From NCBI RefSeq assembly GCF_963921235.1, contig NC_086097.1, positions 157,544,001 through 157,608,000 of the forward strand: a stretch of DNA of 64,000 bases. Direction: 5' to 3'. A model generated the notes under the pieces. The model had not been told where the DNA came from, did no database searches, and saw nothing but the letters and a program-made list of their open reading frames with translations. Source of the stretch: Mobula hypostoma (taxonomy: Eukaryota). Positions within the stretch are counted from its first letter, which is position 1; each line of letters starts with the position of its first letter. Below are positions 21,811-34,789 of the stretch, in pieces. The position numbers and the translations under genes are program-made.

Positions 21811-24800
21811 GATTCAAGTTCAAGCTTATTGCCATCTCACTGTACATATATATTACCAAACAAAACATTGTTCTTCTGCACCATGATACACCCACACAGC
21901 ATACAGGTATATCACGCATAGCAAATAACCCAAAATATTATTCTATAAATAAGTTAATAAAATATAATTCAAAATATATGTAGTAAAATGCAGCACAGCT
22001 AAACAATAAACAATTCGCTGTCCTAGTGATGAGACCTCGGTAGTGGCAGGGTATTCATTAGTCTCACAGCTTGAGGGAAGAAGCAGTTATCCAGTCTGGC
22101 AGTCCTAGTCCTGATGCTTCTGTACTTCCTTCCTGATAGTTATGGGCCAAAGAGATTGTGCATGGGTGGCAGGGATACTCAACAATGCATCAGGCCCTTC
22201 ATCTGCAATGCTCCCAGTTCATGTCACAAATAATGGGAGACCCCAACGATCCTCTAAGCAGTTTTTCTTCTGTCCTCTGTAGAATCTTGTGGTCCTATGC
22301 CTTGCAATTTGTGTATCATACAACGTTGCAGCCAGACAGAACACTCTTGATGGTGCTCCTATAGAAAGTTGTTAGAATAGGGGCGGGGAGCCTTGTATAC
22401 CTCAATCTCCTCAGAAAGTGAAAACGCTGCTGTGCTTTCTTCACTAGTGAGGAGGTGTCGTGGGTCCACATTGGACTGTTGGTTATGTGCACACCAAGGA
22501 GCTTTGTGCTCTTCACTCTCTCTAAAGCAGAACCATTGATGTGCAATGGAGAGTGATCAACCTGTGCCTTCCTAAAGTTCACATTCCTCTCTTTTATTTT
22601 TTCCATGTTAAACTCAGGTTGTTGTTCTCACACCATTTGACAAACCTCTCTACCTTCTCACTGTATGCCAATTTACTATTGTTGCTGATAAGGCACTGTG
22701 GTATCATCAGTGAACTTGATGATGTGGTTTGAGCTGGATTTGGTAGTACAGTCATGAGCCAACAGCAGGCTGTGTGCACAGCTCTGGGGAGCACCAGTGT
22801 TCAGCGTGATGCAGCTTGAGATATTGCTGCCAACTTGGACTGACTGGGATCTTTCCAAGATCAAGTTACAGAGGTCTGTTGAATCCTGTTGAGAACAGAT
22901 TACCCACCAGCCTGTTAAGTGCCAACTGAAGTTGATTAACAATATCCTGTTGTACGAAGCATCATTTTCTTGGTGGGACAGGAAGAAATGCAGGCTGAGC
23001 CAATGGCATCATCAGTGGATCAGATTGAACGGTAAGCAAACTGAAAAAGGTCCAATGTAGCTGGAAGGTGGGATTTAACACAATCTATTATCAGCCTCTC
23101 AAAGCACTTATGGATTGTTGAAGTCAGTGCCACTGGACATGAATCATTTAGGCCAGTTACTGTTGCTCTCTTGGGCAATGGAATGATGGCTGCCTTGAAG
23201 CCTGCAGAGACAGAGGACTGTTTCAGACAGATATTAAAGATGTCTGTTTCAACCTCTGTTAGCTGGGCCGCACAGTCCCTCAGCACCTGACCAGGTATGT
23301 TGTCTGGACCTGCGGATTTGCTTAGTTTTATCCTAGCTAGGGTCCTCTTCACTTCTGCTGTGGCCAGACAGGGGTCCCTGTTCCTCAGGAAGAGAAAGGG
23401 CTTTCCTCAATGTCACATCGTTCAATTGGTCAGATCATGCATGAAATGCATTCAGCCTATCAGGAAGGGAGGTGTTGCTGTTGTTGATGTGCAGGATGGA
23501 CTTGTAATTTGTTATGGGTTGTGTCCCTTGCTACATGCACCACATGTTCCTGGTGTCATAAAGGTGTCTGTGGATTTTCCGTGCACACTCACATTTTGCC
23601 TTTCTTATGGCACAGGAGAGCATGACTCTCGCTGACCTTAGAGTCATGTTATCCCCTGATCTGAAGGCAGTGTCCTGATCTGCAAGCAGTGCACAAACCT
23701 CTGCAGTCAGCCATAGTTTCTAGTTTACCCTGTCAGTGTAGTGTTGAATCACGGTAACATCCTCAATGCACTTTCCTGCACAGCCATTCACCGAACCCGC
23801 ATATTCATCAATGTTGACATGATGATCATAGGTAGACGCCTCCCTGAATCTGCTCCATGCTTTCGAAACAGTCCTGCAGCACGTTTTGGCCAGGTCCTGA
23901 TCTCCCTGTTTGACTCATTTAACTAGGGATTTGCAAAATGGATATGTGGTCTAGGTATCTGATGTGAAGGCAGGGGATAGCCTCATAGGCTCCCTGAACA
24001 TTGGTATAAACGAGGTCGAAAATATTCTCTCCTCTGGTTGCAAAGTTGACATGCTGTTAGAACTTTGGCCAGGCTGTTTTCATGCTGGGATGATTGGGGT
24101 GAGTGGCTTTGAGGTTGCAGATTGCACCACTGAGATCCTGCACTGTTTCCCCAGCACTAGCACGGGGAGGAGGGGCATGTGAGCAGTAATAATCTTAATG
24201 GCAGTTAACTCCCTCGGTAAGTAGAAAGTCCTGTACTTCATCATTAAAAACTCTGTGGTGTGCAGTGGGCCATTACTACCAAGGCGTTCACACACCAGTC
24301 CATATTGATGTAGACACAAGGCCTCCTCCTCGGTCTGGCCAGAAGTCGCAGCATTCTGTCTGCCCAAAAGCAGGTTAGACTTTCTGGTTAGATGGCCAAG
24401 TCTGGAATGGTGTCTTGAAGCTACGTTTCTGTAAGGACAGATGTGCAACAGTCCCTCATCTCCTGCTGATCTAGTCGCAGATGCAGGTAATCCAGTTTAT
24501 TTTCTCATGATTGGATGTTAACAAGTACAATTGACTGAAGCACAGACCTGTAGGGATCTGCTTTAAGTCTTCCTTTAATACCGGCACGCTTACTGCATTC
24601 CTATATTCAAGCGCACTACACCCAACGGCCACTTCCCTGAGTAGCTGTAGTAGACATTGGCACGGAGCAAGAGCCTGCTCTCTGTGTTAGTTCATAACTG
24701 CACAGCACCTTCATCATTCTGCTCTCTACCGAGGTACACTGGCAAAGTTTAGAGTTCTTAATATTCAGCTGTGCTTTTCAGTCATAGAAAAGATGAAAAA

Positions 24801-24851
24801 GACAAGAAATTTCACCATTGGTTGGAGCTAGTGTGCATCCGTGTGCACCAC
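21811..24851 (-). mobile_element. Near full-length degenerate Rex1/Babar LINE
   Basis: RT pieces KSAGPDNIPGQVLRDCAAQL..PVALTS..KCFERL..QFAYR (23020..23352) and KKAQQRFHFLRRL (22316..22606); APE remnant FYLPRELTA; CTTGAA-type tail at 21811; CATCA duplicated at 21806-21810 and 24852-24856. Confidence 0.9.
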
Positions 24852-25301
24852 CATCATACCTGCCAATCTCTAACTGTGCTACAAGATCATCTACATGATT
24901 CAGTATACTGTGTGCATTCAAGTATATAACACCTCCAGTCCTCTATCACCCTTTTTGATTTGCCCCCCCATTAAACCTCATTTCATCCCACTTTTTGCAA
25001 TTTTGCTCTATCATTTGTCTGTCCTTCCACACAGTCTCACTGCATACTGCATCTACTTGTATACCAACCGCCCTTCCCTCAGCCCTAACACTCTGGTTCA
25101 CTTCCCCCTGCCAAATTAGTTTAAGTTCTCCCCAACAGCCCTAGCAAACCTGTCTGCAAGAATATTGGTCCCTTTCAGGACCAGGTGTAACCTGTCCCTT
25201 TTGTACAGGTCATACCTTCCCGAGAAGAGATCCCAACGATTCAAAAATCTTAAACCCTGCCCTTTGCACAAATTCTGAAACAATGATAATAACCGTTGAA
25301 T

Positions 25302-25420
25302 CACAAACAAGAGAAAATCTGCACATGCCAGAAATCAAAGTAATACACACAAAATGCTGGAGGAACTCAGCAGGCCAGGCAGCATCATTGGAAAAGAGAA
25401 AGCAGTCGACGTCTTGGGCT
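25302..25420 (-). mobile_element. Penelope terminal fragment
   Basis: ACAAGAGAAAATCTGCACATGC..AAAATGCTGGAGGAACTCAGCAGGCCAGGCAGCATC..CAGTCGACGT. Confidence 0.88.
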
Positions 25421-26774
25421 TGGGTTAGAGCCAGAATAGACATGATTGAATAATTAAAAGCCACTACAGTTCTGTATCTGCATTATCAGTAACATTGGAA
25501 GCTCTGTTGATAAGCAATGCCAAAAACACGTTCTAAAAATATCTTTTTTCATTTAAGAGACTTGGAGAATGTGCTAAGAAAGAAAATCGTACTTCGTTAT
25601 CAGTGTAAGTTCTGCTCAAAATGGTGAACTAAAGACAGTCCCCAATGGTAGACAGCATCCGCACTCTAGCACCTGGGAGGCAGCACACCATTCTAGCTGC
25701 AGAATCTCCTGTCCATTCCCTCTAACTATCACCTGAGCCTCAGAGTCTTGCTGCTGCTGCGTCCCAATAGGTCATCTTCCAACCCCGCCCACCCCCCCCC
25801 CACATCAACTTGCCCTCAGCAGTATACAAAAGGGTATAGTTGTTGCTGAGGGGAATAGCCACAGGGGAACCCTGCACTGTCTGCTTTCCACCCACTTCTC
25901 CTGGTGGTCACTCAAATACCATCTGAAGTCTGCACTGAAGCTTCCCACTTCACAAATATTAGCCACCCTTCTGAGATTTTCCTGTATTCTCTGTTTTAGG
26001 CTTTGTCCCTTTTAGTTATAGATTTAGTCAATGTAGAAGTTGCCAAAATATCATAATTTGTTGTCTGTTCCCAATTGCTCCTGAACTGGGGAGAGAGTAA
26101 GATTCAACTGCAGAGACAGGACAGGAATCACTGTCTCCCTGATGGTCATACAATAAATAATTAGTCAACTAGTCATTGCATTAATTAATCTTCATTGATT
26201 AGTCCCCTGAAAACCCAGTAATAATATGGTGAAAACACTTGTGCCAGAGAGCTATGAGAACTATAGATCCAAAGCAACAATTTTCTCCCAAGCAGACGAC
26301 ACTTCTCACATGTCATATATCAAACTGTTCACGTAGAACAAATAGAAGGTTTAGGAATATACTTTAAGGTGGGAGGACAATTTAATTAACACTCTAAAAA
26401 AGGGAACATGAATCCTATGTTTTATAAATAGACACATTAAGCATAAAAGCAGACAAATAATTTGCAAGTCCACATGTAGAGAATGGTCAGGTTATGGATG
26501 AACTACTTTGCGGAAAATACCATAATCATGGCAAGGCAGCCCAGAGGAGTTAGACTTAAAGGCACTTGAGGTATCAATCATTTCGAAACTGAAAATAAAG
26601 GAATTCTTCAAAGCTAAAAAATAGAGTAAATCTCATCGATTGTAAATCTACTTCTTGTACATAAGAAATATAAGGGTATAAGAGCAGAAGGAATGGTCAC
26701 AAGAGTAGAATAGAAAATATTCCTCTTAGTCAATCATAGGTAGGACATGGAGCACCCAATAAATGAAAAATAAA

Positions 26775-26957
26775 AAAATAAACTACTGGAAGAATTCAAC
26801 AGGTCCAGCTGCTTCTATGGAGGCAAAAGAATGATGCTGGGTCTCTCCTGAAATGTTCAGAATCCCCTTAACTCCAAAATTCTAGTTGACATGCTGAGTT
26901 CTTCCAGCAGTTTATTTTTATTGTAAATTCCAGGATTTGCAGTTCCTTGTGTCTCTA
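26775..26957. mobile_element. Old Penelope-terminus foldback
   Basis: AAACTACTGGAAGAATTCAACA pairs with TGCTGAGTTCTTCCAGCAGTTT; full terminus on the right only. Confidence 0.65.
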
Positions 26958-26965
26958 GAATGGTT

Positions 26966-27620
26966 AGGGGGAGGAGAAGATGGTGACATGACGCAGCGTG
27001 CACGGCCTCTCTGGTGATGAATATCTGTTATCTGTCAAGTAGGAGGCCGCGCACAATTCTGATTTGATGGAGGCAGACGTGAGAGCACGGAGGAACATCT
27101 GGTGAAACTTCTGAAATGCCTCTTTCGCTGCCGCTGCTACAGTGTGAAGCAAAATCTCCGGAGGGAAGACCCCGAATCCTTGGCTTTGCCTGTTGCTTGG
27201 CGGCCGGGGCCGGGGTCGAAGCATTCAGCACAGATGGTGCTCAGTGTCAGAGGCTCGAAGTTTTCAGACGGACTCAGAGTCGGACTGTCGTCGGGTGCTT
27301 CCAGGATGCTGCATTGGCAAGTTTGCGGCGCTGGAAGCTCATGGCAGGGAGAGTTTATCCCTTCTACCATCTGTGTGAGATGTTGGGGCTATCGGGACTT
27401 TGAGACCTTTTTTTACCATGCCCATGGTCTGCTCTTTATCAAATTACAGTATTGCTTTGCACTGCTGTAACTATATGTTATAATTATGTGGTTTTGTCAG
27501 TATTAGTCTTGGTCTGTCTTGTGTTTCTGTGATATCATACTGGAAGAACCTTGTATCATTTTTTAATGCATTCATTTCTAAATGACAATAAACGAGGACT
27601 GAGTGTCCTCATAATCTAAA
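26966..27620 (+). mobile_element. CpG-rich non-autonomous retroposon-like repeat
   Basis: Starts GGGGGAGGAGAAGATGG; CpG-rich 5' half, T-rich 3' half, AATAAA and TAATCTA end; sharp compositional borders. Confidence 0.6.
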
Positions 27621-27715
27621 AAAATGTAAAGTTTGAAGAAAGAGGTGAATTAATTTATGAAAAATAAATGTATTCTCTATGAATAGGAGAAGAGTGGGAA
27701 CATTATCGGTCAGGC

Positions 27716-27960
27716 TTTTCAGACTCGGTTTCAGATTCATTTATTTATCACATGTACATCAAAACATGCAGTGAATTGTGCCATTAGCGTTAACAACCAA
27801 CACAACATGTGGGGCAGCCCACAAGTATTGCCACATATTCCAGTGCCAACATAGCATGTTCACAATGTTTTGCTGAACAACACAGAACACAACAAAACGA
27901 AAGAGCAAAACAAAACCTTTTCCTCTCTCCCACTCACCTACCAACCCACCATGGTGTTCA
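27716..27960 (-). mobile_element. Retroposon 3' fragment with Rex-type (TCTGAA)-like tail
   Basis: TTCAGACTCGGTTTCAGATTCATTTATTT..CACATGTACATCAAAACATGCAGTGAA. Confidence 0.55.
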
Positions 27961-29439
27961 TAGTTGTGGAGCATCGATAATGGATTGAATTACAACATAT
28001 GGTGTAAAATTACATAATATTTTAACTATTCAATTGAATTTTGCCTTCACCATGATTTTCTCTCCATTGAATTGGTAATAAAACAAATTATCTATTATAG
28101 GGAGTATTAAATGTTTTGCTGTCACAAAAGAATTATTATCACATTCTCTGGAATCGCCAACTATATAATCCAATGCCATTTAAATAACACCAGAAGTAAT
28201 CAAACATTTCAATATAATACAAATTTAATGCTAATAGGTTAGTCTATAAAATGTAAACAGAAGAGCATATAACTCAATGCATACTTTTATGACAATGTAT
28301 TCCACCCCCCCCCCATACTTTTGAAAGATCCAGCTTTCTATCATTTAACCAGAAAATAACCTTCACATTTATATAAAAGGAATTGGCTTCCTGTATTCAA
28401 CAAAGAGCAAAAACTCTTCTGGGATTTTTTGACTCACAGCCTGAAGACTTTTTCTGCTTCTGAGTGTATTTCAGTAAAACTGTCAAATTGAGGTCATCAT
28501 CAGAGCAATTTCCAGACCAGAAAAAAAAAGATCAAGGTTCACCTAATTCAAATTTGATTGTCATCTTAGTTACACAATGCAATGAAATTGGAGTTGTTGA
28601 CTAATCATAGCAATCAATATCTATCAATTAATCTACAACACACAATAAAGTCATTAAAATTCAAGTGATGGACAGTCTTGGAAACCATAAGTAAAAATCA
28701 ACTATTTCCTCTCAAGAGCACAACAATTACTACATCATGCCTGAAATTATTCATGAAATATGTCTGAAAAGTTTCATTTGCATATAAATGCATCAATATT
28801 ATCAGCATTGTTTCCCTCTGGAGAGCCTATTCTATAGATTTAAAGCTTTCCCCTGGAAATATTGCTTGTATGCTTTAATTTTGAACTTGCCATTCATGTA
28901 TCACCATTAACAGATAGGAAACTAGCACAAAGGGATTAAAGAGGGAGAATAAGGTATTATGAAAGATCTAAATGTTGTACAATTTAGTGGAGAACATTGG
29001 AGCCTTGGCAGCTGAATTGGAGGAAGCACAAGACACTGAATTTGGAGGATAATAGAATATGTTGAAAAACCTGAAGAAGATCAACTTACAACTAAGTGAC
29101 TCTTGTTTAGAGTAATTCTAACAAAAATGCTAATTCTTAAAACATGGGCTACTTCTTGTCCTTTAATTTTTCCCTTCTGGCGAGCCACAGCAATGTTTTA
29201 CTAGTAGCAAACGAAGCTACTAACTACTCTATTAATCACCCTTTTTCTGCACAACAAACAATGCAATCAACAGCCTCTACCTACACTTTTGGAGTCGAGC
29301 TTTTGACTACCTGTATGACCTGACATTTTTGCGATCTTCTGGGGATTTGGTGAACTGGAATCTTTAAGGGGCAGTATAGTTGTGGTGGGATGACAGGTAC
29401 AGGCTGAATTGAGGTGAGGAATGAGATGATATTTAGCAA

Positions 29440-29995
29440 CTTAAGTACCAGACCAGATTGAAAAGATCGGGTGCAGGCCAAAACAAGGCTGTGGGGCCTG
29501 GGCCCAAGAGCAAGGAATTACCTGACATTTGGCCATTTCTGGAGCAGACCTGAGGCCAAACTGAAGTGGTAGGGCCTATGCCTAAGAGCAAGTAATGGGC
29601 TGATGTTTGACCGATTTAAGTACAGGGCCAGATTGAAAAGGTAGGGTGTTGTAGCCGAAGGCAAAAGATGGACCAGTGCTCAGCTCACTGCTCCATAAGG
29701 CTTGCTCATCTCTGCACTGAAATGAGGCTGCGGCCAGCAACTAATGGGCCTCTGGATCGCCTGCAGCAATGAACTGTCTTCGTGGCTGTGGACTCACTTT
29801 CATGAACTTTAGTTCTGAGTGTTATTTGTTTACTTTTTATTGTTTGCATGGGACTTGTGCTTTTTTTTAACACATTGAGTGTTTGACGGTCTTTTTTAAT
29901 AGGTTCTATTAAGTTTCTGTATTTTTGTGGCTGTCTGCAAGAAGACAGATTTCAAGGTAGTGCTATTTTGCTAATAAATCTACTTTGAACTTTGA
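29440..29995 (+). mobile_element. Non-coding retroposon with Rex-type 3' tail and degenerate internal repeats
   Basis: Repeated CCAGATTGAAAAG and CCxAAGAGCAAG units; ends AATAAATCTACTTTGAACTTTGA. Confidence 0.65.
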
Positions 29996-31644
29996 GGTGC
30001 TTGAGTTGGCAAATATAAATCAAGAATCGAACATCTTTCTCTCCAATTAAATTGCTACTTTTCCAAGTGGCCCTTCTTAGAAATAAAAGTTAATGCCAGG
30101 CACTTTCTGTATCCATGAGGATATCTCATATTTTAGCCTAGACCATTTAATGTACATCACCAGAGGCTGATAGGTTAAAGTTCACTTTCTGTCTGATGCT
30201 TTGAAATTCTAATAATAAATGTGGCACCAAATTATTCAGCCTATTTGAAATCGGCACGAGCTATAATGTGGCATAAACATATAATCTAGGGCAAAGCACA
30301 AAGTGGACTAGTTAAGGACTTGAGAAAGTGATGAAATGCATTATAAGCAGAAGGTGGAGAAAGCTCAGTATTTATACACAGAATGTCCTTATTTCTCCCA
30401 CAATAAAAACTGCTCAAAATATAAACTTTGAAAAATAATAAGATAGTTAAAATTTAAAAAATGTTTCAAGCTGAATAATGTTCTTGGAGGATTTCACAGA
30501 TTTAGATTAGGATCCCAGTTTGGTTAAATAGAAAATAATGAGAAACTTGAAAGGACCAAGTCATGTCGCAATTTTATTTTGTTGACTCCAACTCCCATAG
30601 TTTTAGAACAAACAGGTATGAAGAGTATAGTCAATTTTTCTCATGTTCATACAGGCACGGACAAGTGAAGACTTGCAAATTGTAATTTCTATTATGGATG
30701 TGCTGTAGGGCATGTTTTGAACAACTGAGTCAAATAAATAGAAATTTTCTTTAAATAAGCAATTTTGAGGAGCTGAAAAACCTTGCAGTTACACATACAG
30801 ATTCTTAAAGGTATTATGCTAAGTTTTGTTATCCAGTTGCAAGGAGACTCCATTAATTGGCAATTCAGACCAAAATATTGCAATGGGAATGTGGCAAAAG
30901 CCTTTCAAATCTTGAGCCTTTCTTAAATTTTAGAGAGCCATGTTTTGGTCAGAATGCAGAAAACGAATGGGATTGAATAGTGAGTGAATAGAGTAAGTCA
31001 GGAAAGATTGATCAAGGATATTGTGTTTGCATTTTAAGAGGCTGTAGGTTTTCTGACCAATTGAATGCTTCATCCAAAAGGAGATTGAGGTTGAGTAAGA
31101 ATTTTACTTCATTTATATCAAGATTTATAGGGGATTCTAAAGTTGGAGTGTAGTAAAGGTCAACAAGAATCAGTACTTGGGCTTTTCCTTTTTGTAATAC
31201 TGTAAATACTTTTGATTTAGATCTAAATACATGGAAACAAGAGGCAAAATGATACTGTAATTACTGTGTGCTTTATAGGGAAGACAAAAGCTTTAGATTG
31301 CAAATTGAATGAGATGATCTGGTCAGTTTGGGAGAAAAATATCAATTGCAATTTAATGTAAAGATGTGAGGTAGCACATTTGAGAAGACATAACAAGATA
31401 AGAAAATAATTAAATAACAAAACGTTGAAGAGTTGAGGAACCTTGGTGTAAGTACTCACAGGTCCTTGAAGGTATTAGCTTAGTTTAATAAAGTTGTTAA
31501 AAAGTGGCATGTATGGCACTTCCTTATATTAGTTGGGACAAATAAGAGCAGGAGCACTAAGTCTAGTGTACTTCGACCAATGCTTCAGTATTATGTTCAT
31601 TTCAAGTTTCAAGAATTACAGGAAGGATTGGATTGCATTAGAAA

Positions 31645-32585
31645 AGTTCAAAATAACTTTATTAGCAAAGTACATGTATGTCACCATATACAACCCTGAA
31701 ATGTATTTTCCTGTGAGCGGTTGAGGAAATTTGGTATGGGCCCCCAAATCCTAAGAACTTTCTACAATGGCACAATTGAGAGCAACCTAACTGGCTGCAT
31801 CACTGCCTGGTATGGGAACTGTACCTCCCTTAATCACAGGACTCTGCAGAGAGTGGAGCGGACAGCCCATCGCATCTGTAGTTGTGAACTTCCCATGATT
31901 CAGGACATTTACAAGGACAGCTGTGCAAAAGGGCCCATTGGATCACTGGGGACCCAAGTCACCCCAAACACAATTTATTCCAGCTGCTACCATCCGGGAA
32001 GCAGTACCACAGCATAAAAGCCAGGACCAAAAGGCTTCAGGATAGCTTCTTCCACCAGGCCATCAGACTGATGAACTCATGCTGATTTGAGTGTACTCTA
32101 TATTACATTGACTGTTCTATTTATTATAAATTATTATAAATTACTATGATTGCACATTGCACATTTAGATGGAGACGTAATGTAAAGATTTTTACTCCTC
32201 ATGTATGTGAAGGATGTAAGAAATAAAGTCAATTCAATTCAATAAATCCATAAGAGAATAATAACCTTAACAGAATCAATGGAAGACTGCACCAACTTGG
32301 GCATTTAACCAGTGTGCAAAAGACAACAAACTGTGTAAACACAAAAAAGAAAGAAATAATAGTAATAAATAAATAAGCAATAAATATCCTGAACATAAGA
32401 TGAAGAATCTTTGCAAGTGAGTCCATTGGTTGTGGGAACATTTCAATGATGGGGCAAGTGAAGTTGAATGAAGTTATCCCCTTTGGTTCAAGAACCTGGT
32501 GGTTTCAGGGTTAATAACTGTTCCTGAACCTGGTGGTGTAATTCCTGAGGCTCCCGTACCTTCTTCCGGATGGCAGCAGGGAGAA
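31645..32585 (-). mobile_element. Rex1/Babar 3' end (minus) split by a plus-strand Rex1
   Basis: LLPSGRRYGSLRNYTTRFRNSY at the end of ORF 32511..32804; tail AAGTTCAAAATAACTTTATT at 31645. Confidence 0.8.
31697..32242 (+). mobile_element. Rex1/Babar 3' fragment
   Basis: ORF 31721..32017 (RKFGMGPQILRTFYNGTIESNLTGCITAWYGNC); AATAAAGT(CAATT)n tail. Confidence 0.92.
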
Positions 32586-33442
32586 CGAGAAGAGACTTAA
32601 GAGCATGTTATCAGAACTTAAAAATTGTAACAATGAGGAGTGTGAAGTCTGACTGAAGCTGTTTAGAAATATTTCAGGGGAGTGGAGAACTTGTACATCT
32701 AAAGAAATAATACAATTGGAGAAACAATTACCAACCGTATAACTTTTCAAAGAGGGGGAATAATAGTTTTTAAGAAAATAAATTTGTTTGTACATTTTTA
32801 CCAAGCCCCTTTGAATAAATTAAGTCAATACAAGGATATACTTGGATACATTTATATGACAATAACCAAGTTAAGCTGCTGGGAAAAGCATATTTCAGGA
32901 GAACCTTTGAGCAAATCTAAGGTCAGCCAGCACTGCCAACAAAGATTGGAAGTAAAATCATCCAACTTATAGGTGAAGTGGCACAACAGAAAATCAAATC
33001 ACAAATTCAGCCTCGGTCACACTAAGCAATAAAAGTAAGAGGCATGGCTACAGTGAGATAAAGAGAGAGAGAGAATAGGAGCAATGGGAATGCTCTCCTG
33101 GGGGATGGCATGGACCAGCTGGTCTTCTATGGTATGAAAAATAAGTTTGAGTAAATGCATCAACTCTTGAAACTCTATTCAGAAATATTTATTAAATGCT
33201 TACTAAGTTTTTATTCATGAGCAGTGTTAATTAGATATTGTTCTTCAGTTCATCTGTGGAACATGGTAAATAGTTACCATGGCTTACCTTTGCATATCAA
33301 CTTTAATCCCTCTAACTAATTTGTTTTATATTGAGTAGACTCAAGAACCTGAATAACTTGTTTGTGCTCTGTCAGCAAATTGAGTAAATGACATGTTCAT
33401 TTTTAAAACCTATGGATATGTGTAGCCTCAATTAAGCAGTTC

Positions 33443-33997
33443 AAATGAGAAAATCTGTAGATGCTGGAAATCTGATTAATACACACAAAATGCTGGAGGA
33501 ACTCAGCAGGCCAGCGACATCTATGGAAAAGAGTAAACAGCCGGGGTTTGGGGCCAAGACCCTTCATCAGGACTGAAAAGAGACATGAGGTCAAAGTAAG
33601 AAGGTGGGGGATTAGGAGAGGAAGAAGTACAAGGTCGTGAGTGATAGGTGAAACCAGGATGGGGTGGAGGAGAGAAGGAACAAGCTGGGAAGTTGATTGG
33701 TGAAAGAGATAAAGAGCTGGAGAAGGAGAGGACAGAGGGCCATGAAAGAATGGGAAGGGAGAGGAGAACCAGAGGTGGGCGATGGGCAGGTAGATAGATA
33801 AGGTGAGAGAAGGAAATGGGAATGAGGAATGGTGAAGAGGAACAAATTGAGGGGGAAGATGGTTACTGGAAGTTCAAAAAGATCAATGTTCATGCTATCA
33901 GCTTGGAGGTACACAGACGGAATATAAGGTGTTGCTCCTCCAACCTGAGTGTGGCTGCATCGCAGCAGTAGAGGGGGCCTTGGACTGACATGTCGGA
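33443..33997 (-). mobile_element. Penelope-like element 3' end with hammerhead remnant (33538-33575)
   Basis: GIY-YIG C-terminus (LQADSMNID), purine-rich plus strand, CAGTCCTGATGAAGGGTCTTGGCCC on minus. Confidence 0.9.
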
Positions 33998-34789
33998 TAT
34001 TACTTGCTTTGATCTAAAATATTACTTGCTTTGGTTAAAGAAAGTGGAAGGACATATTGTTTTTTCCCCAGAAATCCAGAAGTAGTTCAGATTGGAAAGT
34101 ATAAACAAGTCTCATGTTATAAGTTACCGCATCTTCCACTCAACCAAATGTCAAAAAGAAATAACTGGTTTTGGAAGTTATCACTGCAGTTAGTTTTGGC
34201 GTAGTCAAATTTAATATGAATACTTTAGCATTCATAGGAATTTAGAAGATTGAGAACTGTCATACAGATATATTACATGTTTATCCATTGATGGTACCGA
34301 AAATCCTCTCTAAAAGAGCTATTTAGAGATTTAAGACACTAAAAAATTCACAATTCAAGATGTTATGATGATGAGACCAAAGCTTAAATATTTCAGTGCT
34401 GCTATCAGAGGAAAATATATGTTAGGATGAATGTTAGTGCTTGTGAGCTGTTGCGAATTAACAATATCAATTATTCATAGCTCATTTGATTATTTCTTTT
34501 CATGGACACATTAGAACACTTTGATAAAACAGTGTGGCAAGAAGTATAATTTCTTAACCAATTGACCATTGTCATTGCTGACAATAGTTCTTGACTTCTA
34601 TTGATCAAACAGTATTTTTGTTTTATTTAATTGTTAGCCAATAAAGTACCTTTTGACTAATCAGATATAGTATCAGTAGCCAATTCATCAAATTGAAAAA
34701 CTGTTCCCCCAAGCATTTATGCTTAGGAACATATCTAGGTAACAAATCCCATTGTCTGATAAGTTGATTGCTGCTAGCACTTAAGAGCC

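Larger units (their letters stand above)
18371..25940 (-). mobile_element. Long degenerate CR1 LINE (ORF1 esterase, APE, RT, tail) split by a MITE, a Rex1 element and a PLE fragment
   Basis: CCATAAGACCATAAGAC tail at 18372; RT 18879..19154; APE 21512..21715 (ESLWV..MGVKYRPPN); ORF1 esterase motifs LYKRDRLHL..GTNILA (25116..25310) and VCCLPGARV (about 25655-25692). Confidence 0.88.
31100..33135 (+). mobile_element. Ancient CR1 remnant interrupted by Rex1 insertions
   Basis: TCAGTACTTGGGC..TGTGAGGTAGCACATTTTG..TACAGGAAGGAT to about 31645; resumes near 32590. Confidence 0.55.

Noticed and set aside
27028..27470. Cluster of overlapping ORFs suggesting a small gene or CpG-island first exon
   Set aside because: GC-rich repeat body with few stops, no protein motif, and a retroposon-like tail.
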